This document shows positions 55,686 through 57,243 of a stretch of 57,243 nt of DNA, piece by piece (position 1 is the first letter of the stretch; every line of letters starts with the position of its first letter). Source of the DNA: Candidatus Uhrbacteria bacterium (lineage in GTDB: Bacteria > Patescibacteriota > Patescibacteriia > JACQRZ01); contig JACQSB010000017.1 of the NCBI GenBank assembly GCA_016206175.1, positions 1-57,243 of the forward strand, given 5' to 3'. The notes under the pieces were generated by a model. It was not told the DNA's origin. It worked only from the letters and a program-made list of their open reading frames with translations, and did no database searches. The position numbers and the translations under genes were made by a program.

Positions 55686-56266
55686 TTCGAAAACGAAACT
55701 TTCGGCGCTTCCTTCACTTTCGCCTCTTCTTCTGCTTCAAGCTCAAAGAAATCGCGTCTTGCGGCCTTGGCGAGGGAGGCAAACATGTTGCCGGGGAACT
55801 GTTCTACGGCTGTGTTAAGGCTGCGCACAGTTGAATTATAAAACCGTCGGGAAGCAGCGATTTTATTTTCCGTATCCGAAAGCTCTGTCTGCAGTCCCTG
55901 AAAGTTCGTATTTGCCTTTAAGTCTGGGTAGGCTTCTGCCAATGCATTGATGTTGAGACCCTGCAGTGCGGCGGTTAATTGCATTTCTGACGCGGCAACT
56001 CGAGCCGGATCTCCTGCGCCCTCTGCTTGTTTGGCGGCATTTCGCGCCGCAATCACTTGGCCCAATGTCTCTTTCTCATGAGTTGCATATCCCTTCACCG
56101 TTTCTACCAAGTTCCCTATGAGGTCATGCCGCCTCTTTAACTGTACGGTAATATCACTCCAGCCTTCATCAACGCGGACACGGAGCCCAACAAGTTTGTT
56201 GTAGTAATAAACAGCAACAAATGCGAGAACTAAAACGATCACTATAAATGTGGTAACAAGTTCCAT
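55682..56266 (-). CDS. lemA: LemA family protein
   Basis: 194 aa. N-terminal TM helix and typical NKLVGLRVRVDEGWSDITVQLKRRHDLI and RRFYN motifs. ATGA overlap with htpX. Confidence 0.88.
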   Translation of the reverse strand: MELVTTFIVIVLVLAFVAVYYYNKLVGLRVRVDEGWSDITVQLKRRHDLIGNLVETVKGYATHEKETLGQVIAARNAAKQAEGAGDPARVAASEMQLTAALQGLNINALAEAYPDLKANTNFQGLQTELSDTENKIAASRRFYNSTVRSLNTAVEQFPGNMFASLAKAARRDFFELEAEEEAKVKEAPKVSFSK

Positions 56267-56334
56267 ATCGATGATTTATAGATTAAGGCAATATAATAAT
56301 GATAGCACATTTTCGAGCTATTGAACAGAGGAAA

Positions 56335-57147
56335 TCACGTATGAGTACCCCATGGGTCACGCATGGGCGTAGAAAATGCATAAAGGGAATCAAACAGCGA
56401 AGAGAGGATAGCAAATACGCCTCTGTGCTGAAGTACAAGTACAAGCGAAGTGTCAGGAAAAAGGAACGCGGCTTTGTCTTTATACAGGATCATCAGCTGA
56501 TCGACTGGCAGCGCACCCTGCGGCAAGAATCGAGCGGCCCACACACGTTTTCTAAGCATTGCGCGCTGCGATTCGGTGACATTACGGCGTACGGATGAAA
56601 TCGTCTCGCGCGTAAAAATACCTTTGGTTTGAATATTCCGCTCAATGATTCGAGACCAAAACTCTTCCCATTGGTGCGGCAGCAGTAATGAAAGCTCATC
56701 TTCTGTTGCCTTCGCGCCCTCAAGCATCCGAATCTCTGTTCCTACCGGCAAATACGATATCTCTTCATAGACGCGCCAATACCCTTCTCGGGATTCGGAT
56801 ATATCAAACAGTGGTGTCTCCTTATCAATCCGAGAAAGCGCATCCAGTTGCGGAAGCAGCCGCTCAAGTGATGACGATTTATCGTGAATCTCTGCGAGCA
56901 ATTCCATCGGTGGTAGTGCAACAAGAAGTCTTTTATTTTTTGATTTTGATACAGAAAGTACTTTTTTTTCAAGCAGCTTGCGAATATGAAACAGTGTTGC
57001 TGTTCTGCTTCGATCAACACCGCGGGTTATTTGAGCATGTGTAGCAGGCCCCAGTCTCAAACAGACAAGGTATATATCGATCTGGTCCGGAGTAAAAGAG
57101 AAACTTTGCAAAAGCCGGACGATTTTTTCCCGATCCACTCTTCGCAT
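56335..57147 (-). CDS. TrmB-like wHTH transcriptional regulator (second copy)
   Basis: ATG at 57147; the longer ORF starts at a TTG. FTPDQIDIYLVCLRLGPATHAQITRGVDRSRTATLFHIRKLLEKKVL. Confidence 0.6.
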   Translation of the reverse strand: MRRVDREKIVRLLQSFSFTPDQIDIYLVCLRLGPATHAQITRGVDRSRTATLFHIRKLLEKKVLSVSKSKNKRLLVALPPMELLAEIHDKSSSLERLLPQLDALSRIDKETPLFDISESREGYWRVYEEISYLPVGTEIRMLEGAKATEDELSLLLPHQWEEFWSRIIERNIQTKGIFTRETISSVRRNVTESQRAMLRKRVWAARFLPQGALPVDQLMILYKDKAAFLFPDTSLVLVLQHRGVFAILSSLFDSLYAFSTPMRDPWGTHT

Positions 57148-57243
57148 ATATTGACTATAGATATAGTTATACAAAAAGTATTTCAATTATAATACTAACA
57201 TAGGTATTTGTAAAGATTAATCTATTATTATAGACAGTATATG

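Noticed and set aside
1-57243. A search for CRISPR arrays, reverse transcriptase/DGR, integrase, transposase or toxin-antitoxin pairs, and for alternative genetic code (UGA recoding).
   Set aside because: I saw no regularly spaced direct repeats and no RT, integrase or transposase motifs. Numerous ATGA start/stop overlaps, and full-length conserved proteins ending at TGA, show that UGA is a stop codon here.

Overview
This 57.2-kb window is densely coded (about 50 CDS and 2 tRNAs), mostly on the minus strand, in long operons with many 4-nt ATGA start/stop overlaps. Those overlaps mean UGA is a stop, so the standard bacterial code applies. Gene content suggests a small-genome, fermentative, Patescibacteria/CPR-like bacterium, although taxonomy cannot be verified here. 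That content includes lamin-tail-domain surface proteins, a PilB ATPase, a COG4880-like beta-propeller protein, a membrane pyrophosphatase, class III RNR, TrmB regulators and split transketolase. Three blocks are recognisable. (1) Two pentose-phosphate operons: zwf, fused tkt, tal and a cyclase at 0.6-9.4 kb, and rpiB, rpe and split tktN/tktC at 11-17 kb. (2) A nearly complete de novo pyrimidine cluster at 23.8-35 kb (pyrD, pyrE, pyrC, pyrI, pyrB, carB, carA). (3) Housekeeping genes at 37-45 kb (pilB-like, ftsH, rpsA, hppA, nusA). The most unusual observations are listed here. (a) The nrdD glycyl-radical motif lies in the +1 frame, after a 172-nt stretch that canonical NrdD C-termini (as recalled) do not have. 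(b) A roughly 3-kb GC-rich two-gene insert at 45.36-48.46 kb has its own promoters, strong Shine-Dalgarno (SD) sites and terminators. (c) One gene of that insert encodes a 673-aa sigma-70-family protein with three extra N-terminal region-4-like HTH modules. (d) Both pentose-phosphate operons are headed by nucleic-acid-handling proteins: a membrane-anchored LTD/OB protein, and a beta-CASP nuclease with a LOG/TIGR00725 protein. (e) A short GC-rich hairpin repeat family occurs in three intergenic regions. I saw no CRISPR array, reverse transcriptase, integrase or transposase. All protein calls rest on motifs I recognise by eye; no database search was possible.
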